Source: Eledone cirrhosa (Eukaryota). Taken from it: a DNA stretch of 64,000 nt. Shown here piece by piece: positions 1 through 14,004 of this stretch. Position numbers and translations under genes: made by a program. Numbering within the stretch: position 1 is the stretch's first letter; every line of letters begins with the position of its first letter. Below the pieces are notes generated by a model. That model saw nothing but the letters and a program-made list of their open reading frames with translations. It was not told the DNA's origin and did not search any database. The stretch covers positions 92,752,001 through 92,816,000 of the forward strand of contig OZ024745.1 in assembly GCA_964016885.1 (NCBI GenBank), given 5' to 3'.

Positions 1-149
1 TGATGATGATGATGATGGTGGTGATGATAGTGGTGATGGTGATTTCTTTATTCACAAGGATTAACATCAAGAAAAACATTATGATGGCACAGGGAAAAAA
101 ACAGTGTGTGCATGTGCGTGTTGGTTTGTGTGTGCATGTTAATAATAAT

Positions 150-685
150 AACAGTTTCTGATTTAGGCACAAGGCCAGAAATTTGAGGGGGAGGGGAAAA
201 TCGATTAAATTGACCCCAGTGTATTACTGGTACTTTATTTTATCGAGCCCCATAAGGATGAAAGGCAAAGCTAACCTTGGCAGGATTTGAACTCAGAACA
301 TAAAGGGATGTAACTCTATGCTGCGAAGCAAGATGTTCGATGCTCTACCAATACTGCCAATCCACCGCCCTAATAATTGTTTCTACTTTGGGCACAAGGA
401 CAGCAATTATCCCAGTGCATTACTGGTACTTTATTTTATCGACCCTGTAAGGCTGATAAAAGTTAACCTCAGCGGGATTTGAACTCAGACTGTAAAGAGC
501 CGTAACTATGTTGTGAAGCATGGCATCTGACCTACCGATACTGCCAATCCACTGCCCTTATAAGAATAATGGTTTCTGATTTAGGCACAAGGATGCCACC
601 TTTGTGGGAGGGAAAGTCGATAAATCAACCCATAAGGATGAAAGGCAAAGTTAACCACAGCAGGATTTGAACTCAGACCGTAAAG
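150..685 (-). mobile_element. Three tandem copies of a tRNA-derived octopod SINE (third degenerate)
   Basis: Minus strand reads GGCGGTGGATTGGCAGTA (A-box-like), GAGTTCAAATCC (B-box), TTTGCCTTTCATCCTTA..GATAAAATAAAGTACCAGT core, and an (ATT)n tail; same sequence recurs more than 12 times in the window. Confidence 0.85.
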
Positions 686-1049
686 ATTTAAATGAGAAAA
701 TTTAAATCTATTAAAAATTTTACTAGAAGGAGTTTGGTCTATTTCTAATTATTCATAATGATAAACCGCTAACTCCATGGAATTGAGGTAATGTCTTGAG
801 CCTTTGTAAACCCTCTCAGATTAGTAGAATTGTTGCTGTTGTTTAGATTCAAATCAATCCTGATTGATCTGTCCTATACTCAGGCCTTTTAGCCTGATCA
901 TTCTTTATTTAGGCATACAGATCCAAAATTACATTATCTAATAATCCTTTTCCAATGCCAACAATCATATATTCATGAGCCAAACACCCAAACCACTAAG
1001 CCATTCACCTTCGGGTATTAATGTATACAGGTTGTTGATTAACTAAGTA

Positions 1050-1390
1050 AAAGGTAAAGACCCCCTTCGGTCATGAATGACCATGGGATTTGCACCTACA
1101 AAGTTCACCTCTGAAGCACAAGTCCAGGTAAGGTTGTTTGTGGAAGACCAGCAGTCTCCCATGCATACCAATCTCCCTCTCCACACCACCAATGTTGTTC
1201 AAGGGAAAGGTAAAGGTTGATACAGCTTGGCACCAGTGATGTCGCAACTCATTTCTACAGCTGAGTAAACTGGAGCAACGTGAAATAAAGTGTCTTGCTC
1301 AAGAACATAACACAAAGCCCGGTCTGAAATTCGAACTGACAACCTCATGATTGTAAACCCGATGCTCAAACCACTAAGCTATGCGCCTCA
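1050..1390 (-). mobile_element. tRNA-derived SINE, second family (CORE-like, GAGCAAGACACTTTATTTCACGTTGCTCCAG)
   Basis: B-box-like GTTCGAATT on minus strand; block actggagcaacgtgaaataaagtgtcttgctcaag shared with copies near 11990, 12240, 23935, 37920 and 61165. Confidence 0.75.
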
Positions 1391-2560
1391 GTTATTGGCT
1401 TATGGTTGATGATCAATTTAAACTTCTGTGTATTGATATATGTAGGAAATCTTACACATAAGTTCCAGAGATTTGATGTGTGGGTGAACAAAATGTTTAG
1501 TGTAGGGTTTGGGGACAAATAAGACAGCAGAATATCAATGAAATGCAAAAGAAATTCCTAAAAAAAAAAAAATCAAATAAATCAAATTAAAATAAAATAA
1601 AAAGAACATCATACAGTGTTTATACTTTCATAACTTTATGCTCCTTCATAGATTTACTAATCTACTGGGAAAATGTCTTCGAAAGCATTGAAATTACATT
1701 GAAGTTGGGTTTATTTTTGTTTTCAATGGAACACATCTTCAAAGAAAGCTGTTACCAAACTTTAACAATTCAAACACAAACATGTATGACTGTATGTGGC
1801 TGTGCATGTATGTGTGTATGTGTATGCATGTATGTGAGTGTGTATGTAGCTGTGCCTGTATGTGAGTATGTCTGTGAGTGTGTAAACAAGTTTAGGTCTC
1901 TAAGGTGGTGGAAATGTGTAAAAGATTGGAAACCATCTTGTTAAATAAAACTGAAGACATAAAAAAAGAAAAAGAAATTGAAATATTGATTTTTTTTTTT
2001 TCAGTTTATTTCATTCATCTGTTTTCTTTCTCCAGTAAAAAAAACAGTGGCTATGAATAGATTTGCTTACCTAACATTTTTCGGTCATCTATCAATTCTC
2101 GCTGCTCGCAGCTACTATGTCGAATAAGACTGTCTGCAAATATCAAAGGAAAAAATAACTGTTTATTCAAATACACAAAATTATTTGATACCTATTAAAT
2201 CTGTCTGATACTATATATATGGACACATTTACGACTAAGACACATGATGATGGTTGGAGATCAAACCCAAAGAAATGTTGTGTGGAAGTAAATACTGAAA
2301 AGATTTCTTTCTTTACTAAAAATGGAATTAACAGTCAGAAAAATGATAACCTCATTGTCAACAATTCATCTGACATTTAGACATTCAATCAACCTAGGAA
2401 AACATTCTGTTTTTGTTCTACTGGTTCCCTATAAAACATCAATCTTATATTGAAAAGGAAAATAGAATTCATAGCTCCCACCTATGTAGGTTTAGCTGGT
2501 CTCCTACAAGGTTACATCTTACACATTGAGTATACAGACACATACACATGATAAATATCT

Positions 2561-2965
2561 TTAACCTTTTAGCATTTAAACCAGCCGTATCTAGCCAGAA
2601 TTCTCTCACCTCTTTCTGTTCAAACTGACTGTAATTGGCCACTCATACTGATGGTAAGGTATTGTTCTCAAAATGTAATAGATTCGATTTTATGCGAGAT
2701 AATTATGTGAAGTAAAGCTTTTACCAGGAAAATATAATTGTTTCTACTTTTGGCACAAGACCAGCAATTACCCCCAGTGCATTACTGGTACTTTATTTTA
2801 TTGACCCTGTAGGGATGAAAGGCAAATTAACCTCGCCGCGATTTGAACTTAGAACGTAAAGGACCATAACTCTGTGCTTGCAAAGCATGGTGTCTGACAC
2901 TCTACCGATACTGCCAACCCACCACCCTTTACCATGAAAATATAATAGTAAATATATAGTAACGT
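2561..2965. mobile_element. piggyBac-like MITE interrupted by a SINE (2739-2927) with a 19-bp target-site duplication
   Basis: Starts TTAA-CCTTTTAGCATTT; SINE flanked by tttaccaggaaaatataat (2720-2738) and tttaccatgaaaatataat (2928-2946). Confidence 0.8.
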
Positions 2966-4152
2966 TACTTAACCAATTAACCCTTTACCTAAAAGGTTAA
3001 TTAATTTTCAAACCTAGTTGGGTTCTTAACAGAAGATGTACATTTCATCTAAACAACCACAAAGAAATATGGAAGTAGTACCATTACTTCTCACAGGGAA
3101 AAAATTAAGTTGGATACTTTTTCAACTGACCTCATATTGGAAGTCACTTATAATTCTTTCTAATATTGGCACAAGGCTAGCAGTATGGAAGAAGGAAAAG
3201 GTCAATCATATCAACCCCAGTACATAACTGATGCTTTATTTTATCAACCCTAGAAGAATAAAAGGTGGGATTTGAACTCAAAGTAAAAAGCCAGAACAAT
3301 TATGGCAGTGACATTTTATCCGATGCTCTACCAATTCTGCAAATCCATCAACCTAGAAGTCACTTATAATGACATATCTTCTTAACCCACTTATTCCTGC
3401 GAGGGTCATGGGGTCTGAGTCCTTAAACACTCCTTCCAGCAGGCCTTGTCAGAAGCAACCATTTCCAACTGATCCGACTGGATCCCCAAGCAAGACCAGC
3501 CAAGCTCATGGATGTTATCCAACCATCTTGCTCAGGTGTCTACCCCTGGGTCTCTCCCCAATAACAGATATTGTTATCAAAGTTATTGGGGCTCCAAGCT
3601 TGCGCATTTACATTACTCTATATTTGCTATTATATTTTCACGGTAAAGGCTTTACTTCACATAATTATCTCGCATCGAATCTATGAGAATTTGATATTTA
3701 TTTTGAGAACAATACCTTAACATCAGTATGAACGGCCAGTTACAGCTAGTTTAAATAGAAAGAGTTGAGAGAATTTGGGTTGGATATGGCCGGTTTAAAC
3801 GCTAAAGGGCTAATGTTATCAACTAATTATTGTTGTACAAAATACTTCACCCTATTCTGATCACAATAAGTGGCTTTCTCTGTAATTTTTAACTGATGTC
3901 TAATAAGAATTTACTCAAACATCAACACAGCAAAAATTATGAAATACTGAAATATAAATAAGCTAAATAGTAACAAATTAAATAAAAAATAACTTCAGTA
4001 GGGATTTGAAAGAATGTTTAACATTATGCATGTGCTATTCTCTCAAGAACTAAGAATATCAATCAAATTGATTGAACACATTTTTAAACATATAAAATAT
4101 ACATTTAATAGAAAGTATACACAGGAGAGATTTCTGACCAGATATGGCTGGT

Positions 4153-4368
4153 TTAACCCTTTAGTATTTCCATTATATTATATATACTACTATATTTTCG
4201 TGGTAAAGGCTTTATCTCACATAATATCAAATCTATGCAATTTTGATATTATTTATTTTGAGAACAATACCTTAACATCAGTATGAGCGGCCAGTTATGA
4301 TTGGTTTGAAGAGAGAGAGGTGAGAAAATTCTGGCCAGATATGGCCGGTTTAAATGCTAAAGGGTTAA
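4153..4368. mobile_element. piggyBac-like MITE (~210 bp)
   Basis: TTAA-CCCTTTAGTATTT ... AAATGCTAAAGGG-TTAA terminal inverted repeats with TTAA duplication; related copy at about 3603-3813. Confidence 0.85.
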
Positions 4369-4534
4369 AGGCTACATAGGCTCTCCAAATAGGTTGTTGG
4401 AAGTATAGGTGCACCACTGAATTTCATGAATACATGGTATCAGAACCGGGCTGAAATATTTGATTTGGCGAACTAGATAATTTATTCATAACATGAAATC
4501 AGAAACATTCTTCCTGCTCCTCAACTATCTACTA

Positions 4535-5316
4535 ATAATTGTTTCTACTTTTGGCACAAGGCCAGCAATTACCCAGTGTATTACTGGTACTTTATTTTAT
4601 CAACCCCATAAGGATGAAAGGCAAAGTTAACCTCGGCGGGATTTGAACTCAGAATGGCAAGGACCGTAACTCAAAGCATGGCGTCCGACCCTCTACCGAT
4701 ACTGCCAATCCACTAATAATAATTGTTTCTACGTTAGGCACAAGGCCAGAAATTACCCAGTGCATTACTGGTACTTTATTTTATCGACCCCGTAAGGATG
4801 AAAGGCAAAGTTAACCTTGGCGGGATTTGAACTCAGAGTGGCAAGGGCCGTAACTCTATACGTCAAAGCATGGCGTCCGACCCTCTACCATTACTGCCAA
4901 TCCACCGCCCACTAATAATAATAATGGTTTCTTATATAGGCACAAAGCCAGCAATTTTGGGGGGAGGGGAAATCGATTAAATCGACCCCAGTGCGTGACT
5001 GGTACTTTATTTTATCGACCCCCATAAGGATGAAAAGCAAAGTTAACCTCGGCGGGATCTGAATTCAGATTATAAAAGGCCGTAACTTTATGTTGGAGAA
5101 AATGGTGTCTGACTCGCTACCAATACTGCCATTACTAATATATAATTGTTTCTACTTTTGGCACTAGGCCAGCAATTACCCAGTGCATTACTGGTACTTT
5201 ATTTTATCAACCCCGTAAGGATGAAAAGCAAAGTTAACCTCGGCGGGATGTGAACTCAGAATGGCAAGGGCCGTAACTATGCGTCAAAGCATGGCGTCCG
5301 ACCCTCTACCGATACT
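4535..5316 (-). mobile_element. Four head-to-tail SINE copies joined by (AAT)n tails
   Basis: Four repeats of ttgtttctac..ggcacaaggccagc..ggatgaaaggcaaagttaacctcggcgggatttgaactcaga..ctaccgatactgcc. Confidence 0.9.
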
Positions 5317-5319
5317 GAA

Positions 5320-5632
5320 TGCCATCAAGATACATAATGACCGGTGAGCCATCTGTTAGAATTTTTGTCTTGCCCACAGTGATCCTGAGACCATAAGACC
5401 AAGCAAAGTGGATATTCATTGTCATTGTTAGAGAAAATGGTGCTGTCATCGGTGCAAACATGAGGTCGATCATGGATTTGTTAGTGTCAAACTGTACACA
5501 GCTTCATCCTTCGAAATCTTGCCACATGTAACTGCCAATGATAACATTAAAGAGTAGAGGTGAGACCACATCTCCTTGTTGCACACCTGTTCTGATGGCA
5601 AATTCCTTGGAGAGGTTATTTCTTATCCAGTC
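5320..5632 (-). pseudogene. Decayed non-LTR reverse transcriptase fragment
   Basis: Minus strand encodes GVQQGDVVSPLL, a frameshifted LMFA(DD) motif and YGLRITVGKTKI. Confidence 0.65.
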
Positions 5633-6011
5633 AGTAAGAAACATGTAAAGAAACTACTGTTGTATCGAGAACGAGAAAACACACCTTCCTAACCTAAGAA
5701 AGATGTAAAGAAAAGTTGACTTGAATACAACGCAGTTTTTTTTTAGTAATAAATATATTTGTAACATCAGACATTTTGGTCAGAGTGGAGAGAAGGAATT
5801 AATCAAACCTGAGTACCTTATAAGCTACTGATATCATCAATCCATAAACTTTATAACATCTAGTCTTATATTATTTACTTTAAAGGTATATACACCAAAT
5901 GAGTTTGAACTTAATGTCTCTAGATCAACGAAACTACATAAAAAAGCAATCAGATTTACGAGTTATATACACATACATATACATATATGTATATATATGT
6001 GTGTATGTATG

Positions 6012-6053
<42 letters not shown>

Positions 6054-6060
6054 CATACAT

Positions 6061-6097
<37 letters not shown>

Positions 6098-6100
<3 letters not shown>

Positions 6101-6956
6101 GAAAGTACAGTAGCTAGAGTCAGAACTGGGTGGAAAAAGTTCAGAGAGCTTATACCACTATTAGCCGCTAAAGGGTTCTCCCTAAAAATGAAAGGCAGGC
6201 TGTACGATGCCTGCATACGAACAGCAATGTTGCATGGCAGTGAGACCTGGGCATTGTGTGCAGAGGATATACGCAGACTAGAGAGAAACGAAGCTTGCAT
6301 GCTCCGCTGGATGTGTAATAGTAATATACGTGAACGACAAAGCATAAACGAACTAAGGAAAAAATTAGAAATAAGAGGGATCAGATGTTGTTTACTAGAG
6401 AGAAGGCTACGTTGGTATGGTCACGTGATGCGCATGAAGGACGATAGCTGTATAACAAAGTGCAGGGCAATAAAGATAGACGGTAGCCACGGAATAGGCA
6501 GACCCAGAAAAACCTGGGACGAGCTGATAAACTCCGACCTCACACACTTACACCTCACCAAGACAATGTCACTGGACCGAGACCTTTGGCGGTACTCAGT
6601 AATAGAGAAGACCCGCCTTACCTAAATACAAAGTAAAACCTACCACAGTCAGTAGGCATCTCTAACAAAATACACCCCCGTCCCACCACCGCCACCCCAT
6701 CCACACCGCACCCTTCTATGTAAAGTTATGTTGGTGCCACACCATCCAGGCCGAAACAAATGAGATCGTGTAGGTGTCACGACAAAAAAACACACAGTCC
6801 ATGCTGTAATGTGGCCGTGTAGGCAACACGGTAAAAACCTGCCAGACAGTCCTATGCGAGCAAGACAATCACTCTTGCCTCAAGTGGGAAAACCCCCGTC
6901 CAAACCCATGCAAGCGTGGAACACGGACGTTAAACGTTGATGATGATGATGATGAT
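6098..6956 (+). mobile_element. 5'-truncated RTE-clade LINE (ORF C-terminus, 3'UTR, (GAT)n tail)
   Basis: [43 protein letters not shown]; nearly identical to 57148-57676; ends CGGACGTTAAAC(GAT)n; starts in a (TA)n tract. Confidence 0.92.
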
Positions 6957-7107
6957 ATACAGGATGGGGCATAATTCCTGTTACAAAGTTTTAAATCAAA
7001 TTTAAAAATACATTATGTTGCTAATATAACTAATATATTTGTATCAAATCCATGCACTATAACCATATTAACTATTTTTCAGAACATTACGCCATTAACA
7101 ATTTGCA

Positions 7108-8145
7108 ATGTCCATAGAATTGAAAAGAAATTTCATAATAGAGAAGCATGAAAAAAGGCCTGACTCCACCCGAGATATTTAAACTGGGGAAAACTCTTAA
7201 GATCAATAGAATGTTGATCAAAAGGACAATCGATCAATTTAAAGAAACTTCCTCGACCAAAGACAGACCTCGATCCGAATGCTCTCGCACCTCAAGAACA
7301 CCAAAACCCATTAAAAGTGTGAGGGGGGAAAATAAGGCGTAATCCAAGAAGGTCCATGAGAAAAATGGCAGAAGAAGCAGAAACATCGCCGAGAACTATG
7401 CGGAGGATATGTCGAGATGATCTGGGGATGTCACCCTATAAGTTCCAAAAGAGGCAGCTTCTTTCTGCAGCCACAATTGAAAAGAAACCCCTCCAGAAGT
7501 AAACTGTTGTTGAACCGTATCAAGGATGGCATGCTGCAAAACATCATCTTTACAGATGAGAAGTTATTCACTGTGCAGCAGTCTCACAATCATCAAAATG
7601 ATCGAGTACTTGCAAAAAGTCTCAAATCAATTTCTTCAAGTATAGGAAAAGTGTTCAGAACACAGAAACCAGCATCAGTGATGGTTTGGGCAGCCATTTC
7701 TGGAAGAGGGAAGTCCCCTCTGATCTTTGTGCCTCAAGGAGTTAAAATTAACAAAGAACTTTACATAAAAGATATTTTGGAAGGAGCACTGATGCCATGG
7801 TGCACATCTGTTTATGGCGATGACATTTGGACTCTCCAACAAGATGGAGCGACGAGCCACACTGCTCGCGTAACACAACAGTGTTGTAGAGACCATTGTC
7901 CTGCATGGATTAGTAAGGAAGAGTGGCCTCCCCCATCACCAGATCTCAACCCTCTCGATTTTTCTTTATGGTCAATTCTTGAGAGTGAAGTCTGCTCTAC
8001 TCCTAGCCAAAATATTGAAACTCTAAAATCAAAACTGAATAAAGTATGGGAGAAAGACCAATGGAAACTTTTTGTGCAGCCATCGAAGACTCTCCTAGAA
8101 GACTTTGAGCTGTAGTGAGAGCTAGAGGAAAGCATTTCGAATACA
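7108..8145 (+). pseudogene. Frameshifted DD37D transposase
   Basis: HTH-like N-terminus (EIFKLGKTLKINRMLIKRTI..DRPRS), IIFTDEKLF, QQDGA, WPPPSPDLNPLD; 37 residues between second and third Asp; split over several frames. Confidence 0.88.
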
Positions 8146-8195
8146 TTTTTGTACAGTTGTTTAATAGTATATTACTTACTATTTGTTAAAGTCAG

Positions 8196-8412
8196 ATAGG
8201 CACAAAGCCAGCAATTTTGGGGGAGGGTAAAGTCGATTAAATCGACCCCAGTGCGTGACTGGTACTTTATTTTATCGACCCCATAAGGATGAAAAGCAAA
8301 GTTAACCTCAGCGGGATCTGAATTCAAATCATAAAAGGCCGTAACTCTATGCTGGAGAAAATGGTGTCTGACTCGCTACCGATACTGCCAATACTAATAT
8401 ATAATTGTTTCT
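8196..8412 (-). mobile_element. SINE nested in the maT element
   Basis: Near-identical to 4936-5153, including the junction into the next SINE tail. Confidence 0.85.
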
Positions 8413-9621
8413 GGTAGAACTAGAGATGAAATTCCAAACTTGGAAGCAGGGACTAGAAAGAAAGGGTCTCAAAGTCTACCTGACAAAGACTAAGGTCCTT
8501 GTAAGTAGACTAGAAAACAGAACCCAGATCCCCTCAGGGAAATGGCCTTGCTCAGTATGTAGGAAAGGTGTAGGTAGGAACTCCATTCTCTGCCCCAAAT
8601 GTAAACAATGGGTACATAAGAGATCTAGCGGGATCTCAGGAAGCTTAATTAAGAATGTAGGCTTCACGTGTAGCAGCCGTGCTAGGACAGCAAGCAGCAA
8701 ACAGCCACAAGAAACAAGTACCACCAATCTCTGGGAGGGCTCTGTAGAAATAGTAGATAGCTTCTGCTACCTAGGTGACCGAATTAGCAGCGGAGGTGGG
8801 TGTTCAGAAAGTACAATAACTAGGGTAAGAACGGGATGGAGGAAGTTCAGGGAACTACTGCCACTGCTAGCTGCAAAAGGCTTTTCCCTCAAAATGAAAG
8901 GCAGACTGTATTATGCGTGTATCCGAACAGCAATGTTACATGGTAGTGAGACCTGGGTGCTGTCTGTGGAAGACTTGCGTAGATTAGAAAGAAATGAAGC
9001 CTGCATGCTCTGATGGATGTGTAATAGTAATATACGCAAACGGCAAAGCATAAATGAATTGAGAGAGAGACTGAGCATAAGAGGAATCAAATGCTGTGTG
9101 CAGGAGAGGCGGTTGTGTTGGTATGGATATGTGATGCGTATGAAGGATGATAGCTGCATAAAAAGGTGCAGAGCACTAGAAGTCAATGGAAACCACGGAG
9201 TGGGGAGACCCAAGAAGACCTGGGATGAGGTGATAAAAGCCGACCTTACCCAATTACACCTCTCAAAGGCGACCTCTGGCGTCACGCAGTAATACAGAGT
9301 ACCCGACCTCTCATGGGTACAAGTTGAAGCATATAGACAATATGCCCTCACACCCTCCCACTGCAAAGAAATTGTGGAGGTGCCACAGCAAAAAAGCACC
9401 CAACCCACACTGTAAAGTGGACGTGTAGGCGCCACGGAAAAAAAGCACCCAGCACTCACTGTAAATGAGGTTGGTGTTAGGAGGGGCATCCAGCTGTAGA
9501 AACCAAGTCAAAATCAGTTCCTGTATGAGCAAGGCATGGTCAGCCGACCAGACACTGCCCACAACAGGACAACCCGTCTAACCCATGCTAGATGGAATAA
9601 CGGACGTAAAATGATGATGAT
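8413..9621 (+). mobile_element. 5'-truncated RTE LINE with degenerate PHD-type finger, nested in the maT element
   Basis: KTKVL..SGKWPCSVCRKGVGRNSILCPKCKQWVHKR..FCYLGD..LHGSETW; in-frame TGA at 9011; 3'UTR and (GAT)n tail. Confidence 0.9.
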
Positions 9622-9700
9622 ATCTTGAAATAAATGTTTTTTTCAAGAACTATTTGCATTTTATTTTGTAACAGTTTTTATGCCCCACCCTGTATATATA

Positions 9701-10108
9701 AGCGAAACCTACAGTCAGTAGGCACCGCTTAACCAAATATACACCCCAATCCACTACCCCTACTCCATCCTCCCACTCCCACCAACACCGCCCTTTCTCT
9801 GTAAAGTTGGTACCACAACATCCAGTCCAAATAAATAAGATAATGAGATTGAGATCGAGTAGGTGTCACGACAAAAAACACACAGTCCACGCTGTAATGT
9901 GGCCATGTAGGTAACACGGTAAAAAGTTGCCAGTCCACACTGTAAATGTGGTTGGTGTTAGGAAGGGCATCCAGTCGTAGAAAACCTGCCAGATAGTCCT
10001 ATACGAGCGAGACATGGTCACCCGACCAACCTTGTCTCAAATTGGGACAACTCCCGTCTAAGCCATTGCTAGTGTGGAAGATAGACGTTAAACGATGATG
10101 ATGATGAT
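9701..10108 (+). mobile_element. RTE 3'UTR-derived non-coding copy
   Basis: Matches 6630-6956 (cctacagtcagtaggca..ggaagggcatccag..gacgttaaac(gat)n). Confidence 0.75.
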
Positions 10109-11219
10109 ATATATGTGTGTGTATATATATACATGTGTGTGTGTGTGTATAATTGCAATAACATTAACAATAATTGTTTTCTTTGCTAGCAACCAGGACA
10201 CAAAATAGTGAGGGAGGGGGAGGGGGGAGGGAGATGAGAGGAGAGAAAAAGAGAGGAGAGAGAAAGAGAGAGGAGAGAGGGGGAGGTTGAGAAATAAATG
10301 TTACATAACAGAAACGGATAAACAAACATACAAGTAGGTGAGGTGTTATTGCATAGGTCTAGCTGACCTAAATAACAATCTAGAAAAAGCCATAGTGGTG
10401 TGTATTGCCTAGTAAGATTAATATAGCTGACCTATATAAATAACGAAATTGTAAGGTAGTGAGGCGCTTGGAGAGAGAAACAACAATAATAACAACAAGA
10501 CAAAACACCCCAGTAAAACCAGCAGTTAAAGTTAGTCATAAGTGAAAGATAGGCAGCAGGCTTCTTCTTTCAAATGGTAATAGATTGATTATATAAATTA
10601 CATTAATTTAAAGAATGTATGACAAAGAAAGGAGAGCAAGAAAAATAAGATGAGAGAGAGATAAGTGGAAGAAGAGCAAGAAAAAGAGGAGGCAGAGAGA
10701 GAGAGAGTAAGTAAAACAAATGTAGAGGAAAGAGAAAACAAAAGCAGGGAAGGAAAAAATAACAGAAAGAGGTGGAGAAAGAAAGACAAAGAGAGAAGAA
10801 TTACAAAGAAAGGCAGTGAGGAAATAAATATATTGAGAGAGGAAAAACGAAAAAAAAAAAACTTAGAAAAAGTTCTTCAACAATTTGTATATTTACTTCT
10901 AGATATAGATGAGTGATACAAAATCAGACTTATAGATACCCCAATACTCACTATGTGAGAGAAATATGATGGGTGGGAATTACAAAAGCCCATCCAATGA
11001 ACACATGTGAAAGCCCAGTCTGGTTACTGTGCCTTTGTTGGTTTTTCTGTTTAAGTTCTTTATTAAGAGTACATATGTCTATAGAATACTTAACCATTTA
11101 CAGGATCATTCTTTCTGTTTAACCCGAGGTCAAATCTGATTAAACAGGCCTATGATTAAAAGCATTTGAGTTGTGACCATGCTGGGGTTTTTTTTCCATA
11201 TGCACAGAGGACTCAGGAC

Positions 11220-11477
11220 CAGAGGCGTAACTAGGGAAAATAGTATCTATGGCAAGCAATGAAATTGCACCCTTACCCAAATATCTGATATCCATAATCC
11301 AACCACCATAGTGCTTTACACACATGATAATCAAAGACAGATCATACATCTGAAGAAGTTTCTTTTTTCACTCCTTGACTTGAGATTATCTGATTTTAAC
11401 AGAGTCCAAGTGGTGCCCCCACTTCAACTGATACTTATGGCACATGCCATGCTTGCCATATCCTAGTTAAACCTCTG
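11220..11477. mobile_element. Small DNA-transposon MITE
   Basis: CAGAGGCGTAACTAGG ... CCTAGTTAAACCTCTG imperfect 16-bp TIRs; no clear TSD. Confidence 0.5.
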
Positions 11478-12116
11478 CCCAATCCAACATGTCCTTTTCT
11501 AAGATTCGGGAGAAAGTTGATAGTTATTTCTAGAAGAGTGAGTGCCCACATAGAGGTTCATTGTTAGCCTATGTACTAATTAAATTGGTTGGATAGTCAC
11601 CTTTCAAATGTGAACGTCCACATAACACATATGTATGATACATTAACTATTGGGAGGAAAAAATGGAGTATATATATAGCTGACACATATACAAGTTTAG
11701 CCTCCTACAAGGTTGCATCACATTGGAGGTTTCCCAGGTGCTTTAACGAAAGAAGCTCCTGTCATATTGTGAAAAAGCAACGTGAAATGAAGCATGTTGT
11801 GCAAAGACATAATGTGTTGCCTGGTCAAGGAATTAAATCTATGAGTCCAATACCCTAACCATTAGGCCACAGATCTTCAATAAGCTGTTAAGATGATACT
11901 TATCCCAGTTTCACGGCTCGAAGCCCTGGCAGAATGCCAGTTAAATTGTAGGGTTAAGCCCCCAGCTATGGCTGGTATTCATTTTCAGCTGAGTATACTG
12001 GAGCAACATGAAATGAAGTGTTTTACTCAAGAACATAACATGCAACCCAGCCCAGGAATCGAACCCATGGCATTATGATCATAAGTCCAACACCCTTACC
12101 ACTAGGCCACAAGCCT

Positions 12117-12156
<40 letters not shown>

Positions 12157-12351
12157 ACAGTCAATCAACCAAGGAAACAATGTTTCCATTGGTCTTTCCA
12201 ATTACTAATACTATCTATCAGTCATAACTCCGGGTAGAAGGAGCAACATGAAATAAAGTGTCTTGCTCAAGGAAATAACATATCGCCCGGGAATCAAACT
12301 CACAACCTCATGATTGTGAATCTAATTCTCTAACCACTCAGCCACGCGCCT

Positions 12352-12433
<82 letters not shown>

Positions 12434-13037
12434 GACATACACACACATATATGTGCATACATATTTGTAAGTTAAGGAAAGCAGAAGCTACTATAGTTGC
12501 AGTAGAAGAAAGTGTGGAAATGGTTTATCTGAAGACTAGTGGTTGTATCATGTCTGTCAGTCGATTTTAACCAATCAACTAAATGCCATTGGGTGTTGGC
12601 AGTTATAGATGTGTTATTACCAATGAAAGATCAAAATTTATAAACTATAAAACTTGTAGCAAGTTCGAAAGGTTGGTGATATTTAGCTCAAGTCAACCCT
12701 GGTTAGACAGACCTATGATAAAAGAGTTCCAGCTATAACTATCATGTCTTTTTTATTTTTTAAGATGACAAGGTGTAATTGAGTGAAATTTAACTGCTAT
12801 TTCTAGCAAATTGCGCAAACACATACATGCTTCCTACATGTGTGCAGTGAATACTTTAGTGTTGTTGTTTAGTGAGACCCAGTTGTCAGGTTTTCACTGA
12901 AGGAAATTTTTTAGGTTTGTTCAAAGAAACAATTCAAATCTGGTGAGAAGCGTCTAGGTCACAGTTTATTTCTGTCTACAGAAGGTTAAGGAGGAGTGAA
13001 GAGTGGAATCAACTGCAGAGGAGTATGAGTATAAGAA

Positions 13038-13139
<102 letters not shown>

Positions 13140-13426
13140 TTAGAGATTAGAGAGTCAGTGGTTCCTATCAAGACACAATCACTTGTGTCCATAAACAAGG
13201 CACTAACTACATGCAATGCTATGTTAACTAGTTTCTAGTTCACATAACAGTTAGTACAGTTTAACTCTCTTCTGTAACATTGCCAAATAGTTTTATTCAG
13301 CTTGCAATTCTGAATGCAACTCACCATCACAAGTTAAAATTGGAGAGAAATGGACTCTGTCAAGTTGACTTATTCTAGATATGTTGTAGGATGTCAAAAG
13401 TTTTTTATAACCCAGATGTGTGCATG

Positions 13427-13476
<50 letters not shown>

Positions 13477-13963
13477 AATAGCTTGTGAAAAAATGTTAGG
13501 ATAAAAAAAATGGAATGTTGCATATTTGAGAGACAGTAGCCTCACTGAATTACAGTTTCTTTAAAAAAGAATGGTGCATATTTTAGATACAGTAGCCTCA
13601 CAGAGTTATATCATCTCTTTCAAATGGAATGTGGTATATTTCAGGAACAGTAGACTCACAAAGTTATACCATTTCTTTCGAAATAAAATCTAACAAATTT
13701 GAAAAAAAAAAAGGTTTACATCATTACTACTTTATTGTATTATTCTAAAATGTTAATGTCATTATTTAAGTTCTTTGATAATGAGGCTAATTGTCAATAA
13801 CACTGAAACAGAAAAAAAAAGGTTTTGTGTGTGTATGTGCATGTGTGTGTGAGAGAGAGAGAAAAGTATGCGTGTATGTGTGTGAGACAGAAGTATTTGT
13901 GTGTGTGTAAGAGAGAGAGTAGTATTTGTGTGTGTGTTTGTGTGTAAGAGAGAGAGTAGTATT

Positions 13964-14004
<41 letters not shown>

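Larger units (their letters stand above)
6960..9692 (+). mobile_element. Tc1/mariner superfamily DD37D (maT) DNA transposon, decayed, with nested SINE and RTE
   Basis: TA-CAGGATGGGGCATAATTCCTGTTACAAA at 6958 and TTTGTAACAGTTTTTATGCCCCACCCTG-TA ending 9694; transposase remnants inside. Confidence 0.9.

Noticed and set aside
4535-5316. tRNA genes suggested by A/B-box motifs
   Set aside because: These are SINE heads with no complete cloverleaf
10355-10369. AGGTCT-agc-TGACCT, one mismatch from an estrogen response element
   Set aside because: Single short motif that could occur by chance; no supporting context
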